A DNA stretch of 64,000 nt from Somniosus microcephalus (Eukaryota): assembly GCA_052327205.1 (NCBI GenBank), contig CM126228.1, positions 31,186,001 to 31,250,000 of the forward strand. Reading direction: 5' to 3'. How positions within the stretch are numbered: position 1 is the stretch's first letter; each line of letters starts with the position of its first letter. A model generated the notes under the pieces. That model was not told the origin of the DNA and did no database searches. It saw only the letters and a list, made by a program, of their open reading frames with translations. Shown here piece after piece: positions 7,894 through 20,385 of the stretch. A program made the translations under genes and the position numbers.

Positions 7894-9661
7894 GGGCTGG
7901 ATTTTACAAACCTCGGCGGGTCTGTGGCAGGCGATGTCAGAGGTGGGTCCCGGTCCCGCTGCTGACTCCAGCCCGCTGTGTGGAATGAGTTCACCTTGAT
8001 TGGGCTTGTTAAGCCCGCCCAGCATGTTTCCCAGCCAATTAGAGGAAGCGGGTCTGGTGACGTCATTTGATGACACGTCATCAGCCGGTTTCCTTAAAGG
8101 GGCCATGGCCAACTTTAATTTGATATTTGTGCTGTCAGTGTTCTACAGCATTGAGGTGCTGCAAACACTGTCAAGTGCTGCACGGAGGGGCAGGGCTGCA
8201 CCCAGGCTCTCCCATGACGCCCTCCATATATTTATGGAGAGAGTCACAGCACACAGGGAGGTCCTCCTCCCTTCCCATGGGCGGAGAAGATCTCCCTAGG
8301 AGACCAACACAGCCTGGTTGCACATTGCAGAGGAGGGCACAAGCAGGGGTGTCGTCAGGAGGCCCTGGGTGCAGTGCCACAAACGTTTCAATGATCTCAG
8401 TAGATCACGAAATGTTAGTACAAAGCCTTCCTCAACCTCATCCTGCTGTGCCTCTCATCACATCCTCCATCACTCTGCCTTCCCTATCCTACTCCTGCAC
8501 ATCCTTACTCACACCAACTTACTTTGCACCTCCACCCATCCCTCTCTATCTACATTATCGCATCCCATCTCACTACCCATCCCTCACACTCATCCTCATC
8601 ATAATGCAATAATACCAACTAACAACACACAAAGGTGGGCACTTGGGTGTTTTATCCAATGTTCATATAAAGTTTCTGTTAATGTGCTGTCAAACATTGA
8701 AATCTTTATTTTCAACACTTTGCATTCTTGGACAGATTTGTGTACACCTTTGGAAGTGGCTTAGTGAGTTGCAGTGAATGGTGAGACATAACGGTACCCC
8801 CCGCAATGGTGATGAGTGTGAAAGGAATGACTTGGGCATTGTAGGGATGCTTTATGGTGTTGGTATGGGGTGGTGCCAACCTGGTGCATCATGTACAGCC
8901 AGGATGTACAGCATCAAGTGAAGTAAATCTGGCCATGGTTGGCCATCTCTGGCCTCCTGGGCAGCAATGTGGTCGGGTGCTGATGCCCTGTGTCCTGTGC
9001 AGTATCAGTGATTGCCAAGAAGGTTGGTGGTGTTGTTGTTGGTGCTGCTGGTGTGCCTGGTGATGCTGGTGCTGGGGCTGATCGTGGTGGGATTCTGAAG
9101 ACCAAGGTGAAAGAGTTTCAGTGGCACCCCTGCTGATGGAATAGATGGCAGGTGAAGTAGAGATGACAGAAGCGATCTGTCATTGGTAGGAGAGTTAATG
9201 AGATCAGACTGGAAGAAGACTTGTGTAAAGACTTGCAGCATTCTGAATCTGTAGTGGAAATGAATTTAGAGAAGCTAGTGGTTAGGGGAACATTTCTCAA
9301 TCAGCTGGGAGCTTTGACTTGATATTTGAAGCTGTCAACTCATCAGCTAATTCAATGGCCAATGACCTCCTGCCTCAGCTTCACTGATGAGGTCTAGGCA
9401 CAATGGAAAACTGGTGGGCAACCTGTCAAATTCAAAAAGCTGGGAGAAAACCAGTGTTAAGTGGCAATAAACATGCCACTAATTATTTTAATTGCCTCCC
9501 CTGCCACTGCGTGCCGAGTCTGCTCAGTGCTGACAGACCCGACATTTGGTAAAGGCGCGTGGCGGTTCACAGCGGGGTCCGAACCTGCTGGGGAAAAAAA
9601 TAACACTTTACCACCTGACCAGCCACCGATCATGCCTGCAGACCCCTGCAACATCCAGCCC
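7894..9661 (+). mobile_element. Internally deleted (non-autonomous) Harbinger element with TIRs and 3-bp TSD
   Basis: Left end GGGCTGGATTTTACA; right end reverse-complements to GGGCTGGATGTTGCA. ATT flanks both sides (7891-7893, 9662-9664). Contains a Myb/SANT remnant and no transposase. Confidence 0.9.
8186..8412 (+). pseudogene. Myb/SANT-like DNA-binding domain remnant of the Harbinger accessory gene
   Basis: One frame reads GRAAPRLSHDALHIFMERVTAHREVLLPSHGRRRSP*ETNTAWLHIAEEGTSRGVVRRPWVQCHKRFNDL, with the W..IA / R...QC.KRFNDL trihelix signature and an in-frame stop at 8297-8299. Confidence 0.8.
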
Positions 9662-9684
9662 ATTGTTTCCAAAGCTTCTCGGCA

Positions 9685-9790
9685 AGCAGAACTGGACACA
9701 GTACTCAAGGTGCTGCCTGATCAGAACACGGCACAGTTTGATCAGGACTTCCTTTAACTTGCATTTTATTTGGCTATCTAGTTCACCATT
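9685..9790 (-). mobile_element. Short degenerate CR1 LINE fragment
   Basis: agaactggacacagtactcaagg resembles the reverse complement of the CR1 ORF2 LEYCVQFW coding segment. Confidence 0.45.
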
Positions 9791-11234
9791 CTTTTGGCTT
9801 TACTTCTCTAAATTTAAAGTTGCTTTATTCAAATTATCTGATAATAATTCAAAATGTTTTAGCACTAAATTCCCATTTGTTTATACCCCTCTTTTGAATG
9901 CTGTAGGATTTTCTCCTCGTTGCCTTTAGCAAGGCCATGACAATTTTTTAAAAACTGTTATTTACACTGTTTAATTACTCATTGGCTAATTCAAATTCTT
10001 CAGCAGAAAAGGATGATGTTGAATTATCAGGAGTAGACTGTAGTTGTCTTCTCATTATTATCGCTGATCTCTTTCTACCTTGGTTCAGTTCATTCTACTG
10101 TTCGTGCTTGTACCTTTGCTCTCCTGAGCAATGCACGTTTTCCAGACATTTGATCACAATTTAGGACGTTGTCTGCACAGGTTTTAATTGCTCACACAGT
10201 CAACTGTATGAATTCACTTATATGTCTTGTGCCAACTATTAGACAATTATTATCCTTGCAAATGGAAGACATTGTGGAAAGCACCGCATTGAATGCAGAT
10301 GCATGGATCCTATGCAGGGATTGACTTGCATGTGGCTGAGCACGGGAGGGAACCAGACCCACATTGGTTTACAATAACAATAATGGGCAGCTTGGGCAGG
10401 TTCTGAATCTTGGAGAGTGATATTTAGCTTGGCTGAAGGTTAGGAAATAAAAAAGGTATTAAGAAGTCCGAATGTAAAACCGATTTGACAGCTTGTCTGC
10501 AAAGTGGTACATTTAGTGGAAAATTACCATCTTCCAGCTTTAAAAAGTACATACTTAATGGGCATATAAATTGCAGTTGACTGAATAAATAACTTGCACT
10601 TTGTTTTGGATTTATTAAGTACAGTGATGCCAAGGAAAGCTCTCTTCCCACTAAACACCGTACAAGTTTGGTTAATAGCACATGTTTTTTGACCTCAATC
10701 CAATATAACAACTACGTGCATTTATGTAGTACATTCAATGCAATAATACATAACAATTTCACGTTATATGTATTATCTGCACTAGATCATTCATTTTCCT
10801 TTTCCTTTAGTGTATCTTACAATCATTTTATAAATAACGTATCCATTTTACACATAGTTTCAAGGTAACACATTGTAATAGCTATGAATTGATGAGGAAC
10901 CCTTCATACATTGGCTGCTTTTTGATTTTCTAAGCTATTAGATTTAAACCAAAGAACAGAAATACTATAGTATCTATACAATACTTTTACACTGCAGACA
11001 TCGAATCTGCGCTCCACCATCCACTTGTCGTGCGGTGGTGATAATTAGAATTTTTCTTGTTCAAAATTGACTATACAGCAGTTTAAGTTAACTCACTTTT
11101 TGTTTTTATCCCCCTTTCTAATGTTGCAGGGTTTTCTCATCATTATCTTTAACAAGGTCAGAAAAATCCTTAACAAACAAGATATTTTTCCTAATTTCCT
11201 TTTACATATTTTAGTAGGGGAGCAAAACCAATAA

Positions 11235-11637
11235 AGACTAAGGGGTGACCTAATAGAAGTCTTTAAGAATATGAAAGGGTTCGATAGGGTAGACGCAGAG
11301 AAGATGTTTCTACTTGTGGGGGAGTCCAAAACTAGGGGCCATAAATATAAGATAGTCACTAATAAGTCCAATGGAGAATTCAGGAGAAACTTCTCTACTG
11401 ATAGAGTGGTGAGAATGTGAAACTTGCTACCACATGGATTGGTTGAGGCGACTAGCATAGATGAATTTAAGGGGAAACTAGACAAGTACATGAAGGAGAA
11501 AGGGTTAGAAGGTTATGCTGATGGGGTTAAATGATGCGGGGTGGAAGGAGGTTCGTGTGGAGCACACACACCGGCATGGACCAGTTGGGCCAAATGGCCT
11601 GTTTCTGTGCTGTACATTCTATGTACTTCTATGTAAA
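11235..11637 (+). mobile_element. CR1 LINE 3' fragment
   Basis: Encodes RLRGDLIEVFKNMKGFDRVDAEKMFLLVGESKTRGHKYKI; ends in a ttctatgta tandem tail. Confidence 0.85.
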
Positions 11638-12075
11638 ACTCAGATGAATAATACAAACAAATAAAATGTTGATTTACTACTTTCTACCAATTCTGATCAC
11701 CTGTTTACTCACATCTACGTTTGCATTAAAAGTAACACAAGGAGAAAAGTATCCCCTGACCTATTAGCCTGTGGGTTTAACAGGGACTAAAAGTTACTAT
11801 CGACTTCAAAGCTGAGAGCTGGGGGCAATAGAACCCTTCATAGCTTCCATACTAGAGCAAGTATTTGTTCTTCTGTACCCTTGGGTCCAGAACAGGTTTT
11901 CAGCAGTTTTTGTGTAATTGTAGATTGTGCTTTGTAATGATAATGGCTAATAGAAGCTGTTGTCCACTGACATAATTTGTTGAATGTTATTACACACTGT
12001 TAATGGGTAGATATGAAATTCTTCCTTTACATGCCACTCCTGATTGATATTTTACGAAGTTCCTATTTTTGCTGC

Positions 12076-12886
12076 AAGAAAGACTGCATTTATACCGCGT
12101 CTTTCATGACCTCAGGATATCCCAAAGCTCTTTACAGCCAATGAAGTACTCTTGAAGCATAGTCACTGTTGTAATGTAGGAAACATGGCAGCCAATTTGC
12201 ACACAGCAAGCTCCCACAAACAGCAATGAGATAGGGACCAGATCTGTTTTTAGTGATGTTGGTTGAGGGATAAATATTGGCCATGACACTGGGGATAATG
12301 CCCCTGCTCCTCTTCAAATAGTGCCATGGGATCTTTTACCTCCACCTGAGAGGTGGTTTATCACAGAATCACAGAATCACAGAAACCCCACAGTGCAGAT
12401 AGAGGCCATTTCGGCCCATCGAGCCTGCACCAACACATATCCCACCCGATCCCCGTAACCCCTACACCAACACATATCCCACCCTATCCCCGTAACCCCA
12501 CGTATTTAATCCCCCTAACACTAAGGGTCAATTTATCATAGCCAATCAACCTAACCTGCACATCTTTGGACTGTGGGAGGAAACCGGAGCACCCGGAGGA
12601 AACCCACGCAAACACGGGGAGAATGTGCAAACTCCACACAGACAGTCACCCGAGGCCGGATTCGAACCCGGGTCCCTGGCGCTGTGAGGCAACAGTGCTA
12701 ACCACTATGCCACCATCTCATCCGAAAGACAGCACCTCTGACAGTGCAGCACCCCACCCCCCCCCCCCCAAGTATTTCATTGGAGTGTAAGCCTAGATTT
12801 TGTGCTCAAGTCTCTGGAGTGGGACCTGAACCCACAACCTTCTGATGCAGAGGCAAGAGTGCTACTAACTGAACCACGCTGACACC
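12076..12886 (-). mobile_element. Deu-type SINE, split by a younger SINE insertion at 12361-12714
   Basis: Reverse complement of the 7445 SINE. The two halves join across the insert (ccacctgagag...ggttta | tctcatccgaaagacagcacc). Confidence 0.85.
12361..12714 (-). mobile_element. HE1/V-SINE-like tRNA SINE with CR1-type tail
   Basis: Minus strand has A box (GGCATAGTGG) and B box (GGTTCGAATCC), V-domain-like core (gtgtggagtttgcacattctcccc...tttcctccgggtgctccggtttcctcccacagtccaaaga) and (TTCTGTGA)n tail. Near-identical copy at 22786. Confidence 0.85.
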
Positions 12887-13298
12887 TATTTATACAATTT
12901 GTCCTATGTCTGCCTCTAAAAATGCCTTAAAATATACACATGCATTAAAGTGATTTGGAAACATCTGCACAGATGTCCAGCAGAATGCATCCTACGAATT
13001 AAATTAAATTAGGTACTGGTACCCATGCTAAAAGTTGAGAATGTTATAAATGTGCATATGTATATATGATTAAAAAGAGTTCACCCAGAATATTCTACTT
13101 GAAATAACTACTGATAATTTTACCCGAGCTGCTAGTTATGTTCCTGGTGGCATCCGTATAGATGATAATGGCTCCCTCCCATGTGAGCAGAATAGGCTGA
13201 ACTGCTACTTGCGCCTAATTCATTTTTTAATGTTGTTAGATGTGATAAAGGTGAATAAAAGCACCACACTGTATAGAACCCTTTACTTTATAGTCTTT

Positions 13299-14146
13299 AC
13301 TAGATTGCTTCCTGGGATGAGAGCGTTATAATAATAATAATAATAATCAACTTTATTGTCATTGTTAGTGCACAAGTGCAGTACAACGAAATGTAGGCTT
13401 GCGGCTCCCGAGAGTGTATATTGAGATTAAGACATTTAAACATTCAACATACATTTGGCTTGTAATACATTAACATAAACATAACCATAATAAAGTGCAT
13501 TGGCAGATGTGCAGGCTTTAGAGTTTATTTGTGGAGTTCAGTAGGATGACAGCCCTGGGAAAGAAGCTGTTCCTAAATCTGGTCGTACGGGTGCGAATGC
13601 ATCTGTAGCATCTCCCAGGTGGCAGGAGGGCGAACAGACTGTGGCTGGGGTGGGTAGGGTCTTTGATGATGGTCCGTGACCTCCGTATGTCCTATGAGGA
13701 GAGATTGAGTAGACTGGGCCTATACTCTCTGGAGTTTAGAAGAATGAGAGGTGATTTCATTGAAACATATAAGATTCTGAAGGGGATTGACAGGGTGGAT
13801 GCTGAGAGGTTGTTTCCCCTGGCTGGAGAGTCTTTAACTAGGGGGCATAGTCTCAGAATAAGGGGTCAGCCATTTAAGACGGAGATGAGGAGGAATTTCT
13901 TCACTCAGAGGGTTGTGAATCTTTGGAATTCTCTACCCCAAAGGGCTGTGAATGCTGAATCGTTGAGTATATTCAAGGCTGAGATAGATAGATTTTTGGG
14001 CTCTAGGGGCATCAAGGGATATGGAAATCGGGCGGGAAAGTGGAGTTGAGGTCAAAGATCAGCCATGATTTTATTGAATAGCGGAGCAGGCTCGAGGGGC
14101 CATATGGCCTACTCCTGCTCCTAAGTCTTATGTTCTTATGATCTTA
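13299..14146 (+). mobile_element. CR1 LINE 3' fragment interrupted by a Rex1/Babar insertion
   Basis: ORF 13663-14049 gives SYEERLSRLGLYSLEFRRMRGDFIETYKILKG...NFFTQRVVNLWNSLP. Upstream piece tagattgcttcctgggatgagagcgtt continues at tgtcctatgagg (13688). Tail cttatgttcttatg. Confidence 0.9.
13328..13687 (-). mobile_element. Rex1/Babar-type LINE 3' end with (TTA)n tail
   Basis: Minus strand translates to IIKDPTHPSHSLFALLPPGRCYRCIRTRTTRFRNSFFPRAV, the typical Rex1/Babar C-terminus; AATAAA-like signal and (TTA)n tail. Confidence 0.75.
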
Positions 14147-15459
14147 TTTACTGTATGATCAGTTACCAGCAGTATCTTTTAATGATTGTCGCTGTAAAAT
14201 ATCATTGGAAACCATGCCAGAAAATTTAGACGCTGCCTTTCTTCTGTGTGAGAAGTCAGTGCAGATTTAGTAGTAGCTGGAATCTTAAAACATGAAAATG
14301 GATAAATTCGAACTTGTGTTTGTCACACGTTCATTTAGTGCGAGGTTAACTTTACAAAGTGATTCATTTCCACATGAGGACATTTCCCATAATCTGGCAG
14401 CACACAATCAAGTGCAAGAAGCAGAGATGTGATCACAACCTTTCAAATACTTAAAACAATCTGAGCAGTTATCTTTTCATATAACAGCGGCGTGAGAGAT
14501 TTCCTGTTCATTTTTCAGGATTAATATTAGAATCTAGAATTAGAGAGCCATAGGTAAAACAGAAGGTGCCTTCTTCATAGTATTCTTGGAATAAACCAAA
14601 TGTTGATCCGAGAATGGTGCTGCATTCGTCAAAGGGTTAAATAGTCTATAATCAGAGGAAGATCTAAAATCTTACTAGTATGTACAATATACACTAGTAA
14701 TATAAACTCAGTTATTGCCAACTTCTCATTATTCTAAATGTTCCCTTGGTCACATTGGGAAGCTCTATTGCCGTCATTAAGGACCTCAAACCCCGATAAG
14801 ATGAACTACTTTAATGATTCTTACAAGTTTACAATAATAGGGTTTGACTGAATGTAATTAAAAGAATTGAGTACGTTTCCATGAATGTGCAGTATGCAAT
14901 CCTCTGGCAATAACTGAAGCACATCTCAAAGAAACTTCAGCAACACTGCTCATTTACACATTTTAGAAGAGTTTTGAGAAATCTCCAAACGAGGCAGACG
15001 TTACATTCTCAATAATAAAAATATTTGTGCATTGTGCTATTAAGTATTACCTGCTTTTAGGTCATCATCTCAGAGGTTTGCATGTTTTCACACTGCTTGT
15101 GTGTGGGTCTATTGCTCTGTTTCATGCAGTAGGTGTTACCTTCTAACTCAAGCATACATTCAGCATAAGAAGTTAAGAGTGTGGAAGAATGGGAATGGCA
15201 CTTGCATTACAAATACTTAATACCGAAATACATATATATGATGCGTAGGAATATGATGATCGGTTTGTATGACAGAGTGTTGGCAATTATAACTCATCCT
15301 TCTCAGTCGATGTGAAAATGCTCTTGGAAAACTTAGACAACACTTCAATGCCTGCCAAAGAGCACATGGTAGTCAGATCAATATGGCATTGGTTCTCAAA
15401 CATCATGCTTAGAATAGATGAAACCTCTCTATTTATCTATTTTAATTTTACTTACTTAG

Positions 15460-16221
15460 AAATTCTCATTCTTGTGTTCAAATCCCTCCATTGCCTTGCC
15501 CCTCCCTATTTGTATAACCTCCTCCAGCCTTACAATCTTCCTCCAACTCTGGCCTCTTGTCCATCCCTGCCCTTCCCTCACACCATCATTGGCGGCTGTG
15601 CCTTCAGCTATCTGGGCCCTAAGCTCTGGAATTCCCTGCAGAAACCTCTTCGCCTCACTATGTGCCAGCCAATGGCTCAGTTGATAGCACTCTCGCTCTC
15701 TGAGTCAGAAGGTTGTGGGTTCCAGAGACTTGAGCACAAAAAATCTAAGCTGACACTCCCAGCGCAGTACTGAGGGAGTGCTACACTGCCAGAGGTGCAG
15801 TCTTTCAGATGAGACGTTAAACCGAGGCTCTGTCTGCTCTCTCAGGTGGACGTAAAAGATCCCGTGGCACTATTTCGAAGAAGAGTAGGGGAGTTATCCC
15901 CGGAGTCCTGGGGCCAATATTTATCCCTCAATCAACATCACTAAAACAGATTATCTGGTAAATGTCACATTGTTGTTTGTGGGAGCTTGCTGTGCTGCTG
16001 CGTTTCCTACATTACAACAGTAGCTACACTTCAAAAGTACTTAATTGGCTTTTAAGTGCTTTGGGACATCCGGTGGTCATGAAAGGCGTTAGTCTTTCTT
16101 TCTTCTCCTTTCAGATGCTCCTTAATATGTGCCATTTGACCAATCTGATAATGCTCCTGTGAGGCGCCTTGGAATATCTTATTACATTAAAGGTGCTATA
16201 TAAATGCAAGTTGTTGTTGTT
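15460..16221 (+). mobile_element. L2 LINE 3' fragment split by a SINE
   Basis: ILILVFKSLHCLAPPYLYNLLQPY...TIIGGCAFSYLGPKLWNSL, resuming at about 16103 and ending gtgctatataaatgcaag(ttg)n. Confidence 0.8.
15662..16102 (+). mobile_element. Deu-type SINE inserted in the L2 fragment
   Basis: Collinear with the 7445 copy (tggctcagtt...gtcagaaggttgtgggttc...aatatttatccctcaatcaacatcactaaaacagattatctg). Confidence 0.85.
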
Positions 16222-18569
16222 ATCTATAAAATAGTACCACTCGTGCTAAGGAATGTTACAGATTAAATTGTAAATAATGATAGGAAGGAAACTAGACCAA
16301 AAAGGTCAAAGTTGCCAACACATCCTCTATCTAATAAAAGGAAAGTAAAATGTGGTGAGTAGATGTTTTGCTGTGATGTAGTCACCACACAGACCACGTG
16401 ACCTGTTGCAAAGTAGCCATAACCTTAACAAAAATGGATCAGGAACTTTGATGAAATATAACTATTAGCCACACCCAGGTCACTAACTCCATGGAAATGA
16501 ATGATTCACCCCATGCAGCCGTCCTCTTTCTCTGCAGCACATCACCATCAGTTGCCTTGTTGATTGAGTTGATACCGAATGCCAACTGGCATGTAAGTCA
16601 AAGCTTCGGATGCAAGACAGCGTGATCGAGACTGCTCCGATACAGTTCTCTATGATTGTGGCTGGCAGTGCGCTATACACAGTGCAAAGAGAGTGGCAGA
16701 GAGTTAGAGAGATAATAAGTATGGTTAATCAGCTAGTCTCAAGATGTTCTGGCGTGGCTCAGTAGGAAAACAAACAAGTTGGAGTGCAGTCTGAGGAACG
16801 CAGATTGAAACAGATTTGGGAATATTCATTTCTGATTTACTGTTAGCAGATTTCAATTTTAATGCATAAATAAGAAATTCTTGGACCTAGTCCCCCACAC
16901 AAGCACGCACACACAGACCCGCCCATTCCATGGTAGTGGCTCATGACATGATTACTATCCTAACCTGATATGAATTGACAACCCAGAGGGATACCTCATT
17001 TTACACTGGGCCAAAATAGTCAGGAGCATGGAAGAGAGGTACTGCGTGGCGCATGCACAGTGGAATATGAGTTTGGTTAATTAGATGGAACATGAGATGG
17101 TCAATGGGGGAGAAAGGAATGTGAAGGAAGATAGTACTGTCTGGTCTGACTAAGATCAGCTGTCCTTTCCAGTTTTAACAAGCTATCATAGGCTTATATT
17201 AGGTTTCTCATATTTGACATTCCTATTATATTTCCTGTGTAGCACAAATGTAAAAGAATTTATATTACACAATCCAATGAAACCAATTGCAGTGTAGAAT
17301 CAGGATCATGTGATCCATGTAGAACTAAGAGAGCACCTCACACTGCATAAACACTAAGACGACAAGCACATTGTTCCTTAGTGTGCAGGAACCATGTTTT
17401 GTTGAGAGCACCCTGAGATGCTATAATACATCTTTGAGAATACATCTCTCTTCTAGAGAATACAGAGGTTGTGGTATCTGGTAGCAACTGACATCTGTCC
17501 TTGACGATCCCTTGAAATATTTCTAAGCCATAAAGGTAGGACAGCAGGTATCAAAAGAGTCACCATTGTGACTGAAAAGTATTCAAGTTGCCCTCTTTTG
17601 TTTGTTTGCTGAACATGACACAATAGTATCGTTTACGTCCAAACATGTCATTTGATCGTGTTGCTTGTGCGTGATCTCATCCCAAGGAAAATGCCAAAAT
17701 TCTGGCTCTTCCCCCTCCCTGCCATCAGTAACAATTCCCCATTAACCAATCTCAGCACATAAACTACATCTGATTGGAGATCTTGTTGCCATGCCATAAT
17801 GTAAATAGGTCAGATGATCCAGAAAAAAAAAGATACCCCATTAAAACTCATAACTTTACATCAGTTTGAAAGTGCTGTTGAGTCCAGGGAAAGGCATAAA
17901 CCGTGGGTATATACGTTGCAATAAAAGCTCACTGCCAAAGATTTGGCCTGAATGTGATTCAGATTTAAATTGTTATTCCTGAATTAACTCAACTGGTGAA
18001 TATTGATCAATACATTTATTTTTCACATGGCCCGCTCCCACTGCAGGAGTGCATGTATGTTCCTTGAGTCCGCTGTTCCTTCCTATTTTCCCTCTTGCCC
18101 CCTGCACCTCTCCTCTGTTCAAAAAGCTTTGCAGTCACAGGTGTTATTGTGTGCAGAAGCTCGAGTATGAACTCCAGTCATGCTGTTTTGTGATTTAATA
18201 TGCTGGCAGATTGGCCAACTGTGCACCAACAGATGTAATAGGGATTATTAAAGGAATCCAAGTTTTGTTGCGTACCGCACAGTGCATGTCCATTACCCAT
18301 CAGTCCGTAGGTCCCTTGCTACTCATTATTAAACTGGCATTGAAATTCTACTTAACTTCGGCACGTAAATTATTGGCTGTTCCAATTACCAAGCAATTCA
18401 AAGTTCTTTAATAATGATATTTCTGTTTTCTAATCAGTTTTATTTTTGATTTTGCTTCAATTATGTTTTCAAATGCCTTCACATTCATGATAATGTTTAA
18501 TTAGCACACATGTTTAAATAAGATTGGTGCAATACTCATGAAAATTAGAGCCACACAAGATCACGATAT

Positions 18570-19600
18570 ACTTACAGATGAGAAAGGCTATTTGGCTCAA
18601 CTTAATGAATTCATCCAGAACGATACTACACGCCCCCAGTGTTGCCTTTATTTGTTTCTTAAATGATTCCAACACTCTTTCCAGAAGTCTATTCAAAGTG
18701 TTGATCACTCCCTGTGTGAAGAAGAACCTCCTAGAGTTTCATTTATTAGTTTGGATTTATGAATCTTATGTTCTACTTCCGCAGTTTCATTTCAAGTGGT
18801 ACTCTGGATTAACATTTTACATACCATTTACTATCTGACTTACCTCTACAAGATCACTACTCCGATGCCTCCTCTCCAGGCTGAAAATTCCAGTTCTCTC
18901 CAGTCTTTCCTCATATGGTGGGGATTAGTCTTGTCATTCTTCTCTGCATCGTCTCCAATGCTTGAGTCTTTCCCACATTTCTCAGTAACCAAAACAGCTG
19001 ATCTGACCAGAACACTGCAGTTTGATCATGACTTCCTTTGACTTGTACTCCACTGTTTTGGGCTATGTAGTTCAACTTTCGATTGGCTTTGTTGATTGCT
19101 GTTTTGCATTGGCTGCACACATTGAGCATTGAGTCTACTGGACTCCTACATCTCTTTCATCCTCAGCTATTTCAACATCATTCATGAAGTATGCATGGTG
19201 GCCATTTTTGCCTTCCTATGTGCCTTACTTTACACTTGTCTGCATTAAATTTCACCAGCTCCCTCGCATATTTTGCTTAGCTCGTTGTATAATTTCTGAG
19301 CTGCCTGCTTCAATTCCACTACCCTTCCTAGTTTAGTTCCATCTACAAATTTAACCAATCTGCATTGAGTTTCAGAATCCAGGCCATTGGTGTAAATTAG
19401 AAACAGTAGTGGCCCCTGCACTGAGCACTGGAACACCCCACTCAACAATCCCCTCAACCTGACTTTGGCCCTTAACCAGTCACCTGCTGTTATCTACCCT
19501 TCAGCCACTTCCTTCTCCTTGCCTTAAGTCCTGAACCCACACAACTTTGAGCTTAATTAGTAATCTTTAGTGTGAAACTTTATCAAATGCCTTTCAGAAG
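18570..19600 (-). mobile_element. Old degenerate CR1 LINE (RT to 3' end)
   Basis: SGVFQCSVQGPLLFLIYTNGLD...VKFVDGTKLG corresponds to SGVPQGSVLGPLLF...KFADDTKLG; also QCKTAINKANRKLNYI and ALETMQRRMTRLIP. Confidence 0.8.
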
Positions 19601-19822
19601 TTACAAACCATCTTTTGTATTTTGGTCTTCCCATTAATGGTGGGGCTGGATTTTTCCAACAATTTGTGATGGACAGACGAGCACAGTAATAATACACTAC
19701 TAGAGATGATGTTAATGCAAATGGCCATTGCTTTGTGACAGTACTTCGGTTCTACCAATGCTGTCACTCAAAGGAAGTGTAGTGACATCACTACTGTCCA
19801 TTCTCAATACACATATCCAAAG

Positions 19823-20385
19823 AATAGTCACTTTAATTCACTGCTCCACTCCCACTCAGACCTCTCCGCCCTCGGCCTCTTGCATTGTTCCACGGAAGCT
19901 TAGCGTAAGCTCGAGGAACAGCTCCTCATCTTTCGATTAGGCACTTTACAGCCTTCTGGACTCAACATAGAATTCAACAGTTTCAGATCATAACATATAT
20001 ATAAATATATTTTATCCACACTTTTGTTCTGTTCTTCTCTCCCACAGGGCAGCTGTCTTCCATTCTGCCAGCGCAATTTACACTTCATCTCGAGCCATCC
20101 TTTGCAACCTGTCCCATTACCATCCCCTTTTGCTTTGAATATCTCTTAATGTCTCTCAATGCCTCTTAATCTCTCCTGCCTTCCAGCCTATCACAGGCCT
20201 TCCCCTTTGTTCTTTCATCCGCTCCCCCATTTCCGAGCCACTACACTTGCTTAAAAATCTGTTCCAGTTCCTGCTTTTTTCCAGTTCTGACGAAAGGTCA
20301 TTGACCTGAAACATTAACTCTGTTTCTCTCTTCACAGATGCTGCCTGACCTGCTGAGTATTTCCAGCATTTTCTGTTTTTATTCC
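19823..20385 (+). mobile_element. Penelope-like element 3' end (GIY-YIG C-terminus plus pseudo-LTR region)
   Basis: Translates to ...GLLHCSTEA*RKLEEQLLIFRLGTLQPSGLNIEFNSFRS*, followed by ctgacgaaaggtc...cagatgctgcctgacctgctgagtatttccagcattttctg. Confidence 0.8.
20283..20319 (+). ncRNA. Minimal type I hammerhead ribozyme motif (degenerate)
   Basis: AGTT-CTGACGA-A-AGGTCA-T-TGACCT-GAAAC-ATT-AACT: catalytic boxes CUGANGA and GAAA, stem II inverted repeat, stem I AGTT/AACT. Confidence 0.65.

Noticed and set aside
13663-14049. 128-aa ORF as a host gene
   Set aside because: CR1 ORF2 C-terminus with a start borrowed from the antisense Rex1/Babar insert.
16483-16700. Complex CpG-containing unique stretch, possible exon
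   Set aside because: No recognisable protein motif in the ORF and no convincing splice context. It could be a CNE, but nothing in the sequence alone supports a call.
19643-19655. GGGCTGGATTTT Harbinger-like TIR
   Set aside because: No partner inverted end or TSD found nearby; at most a solitary remnant.
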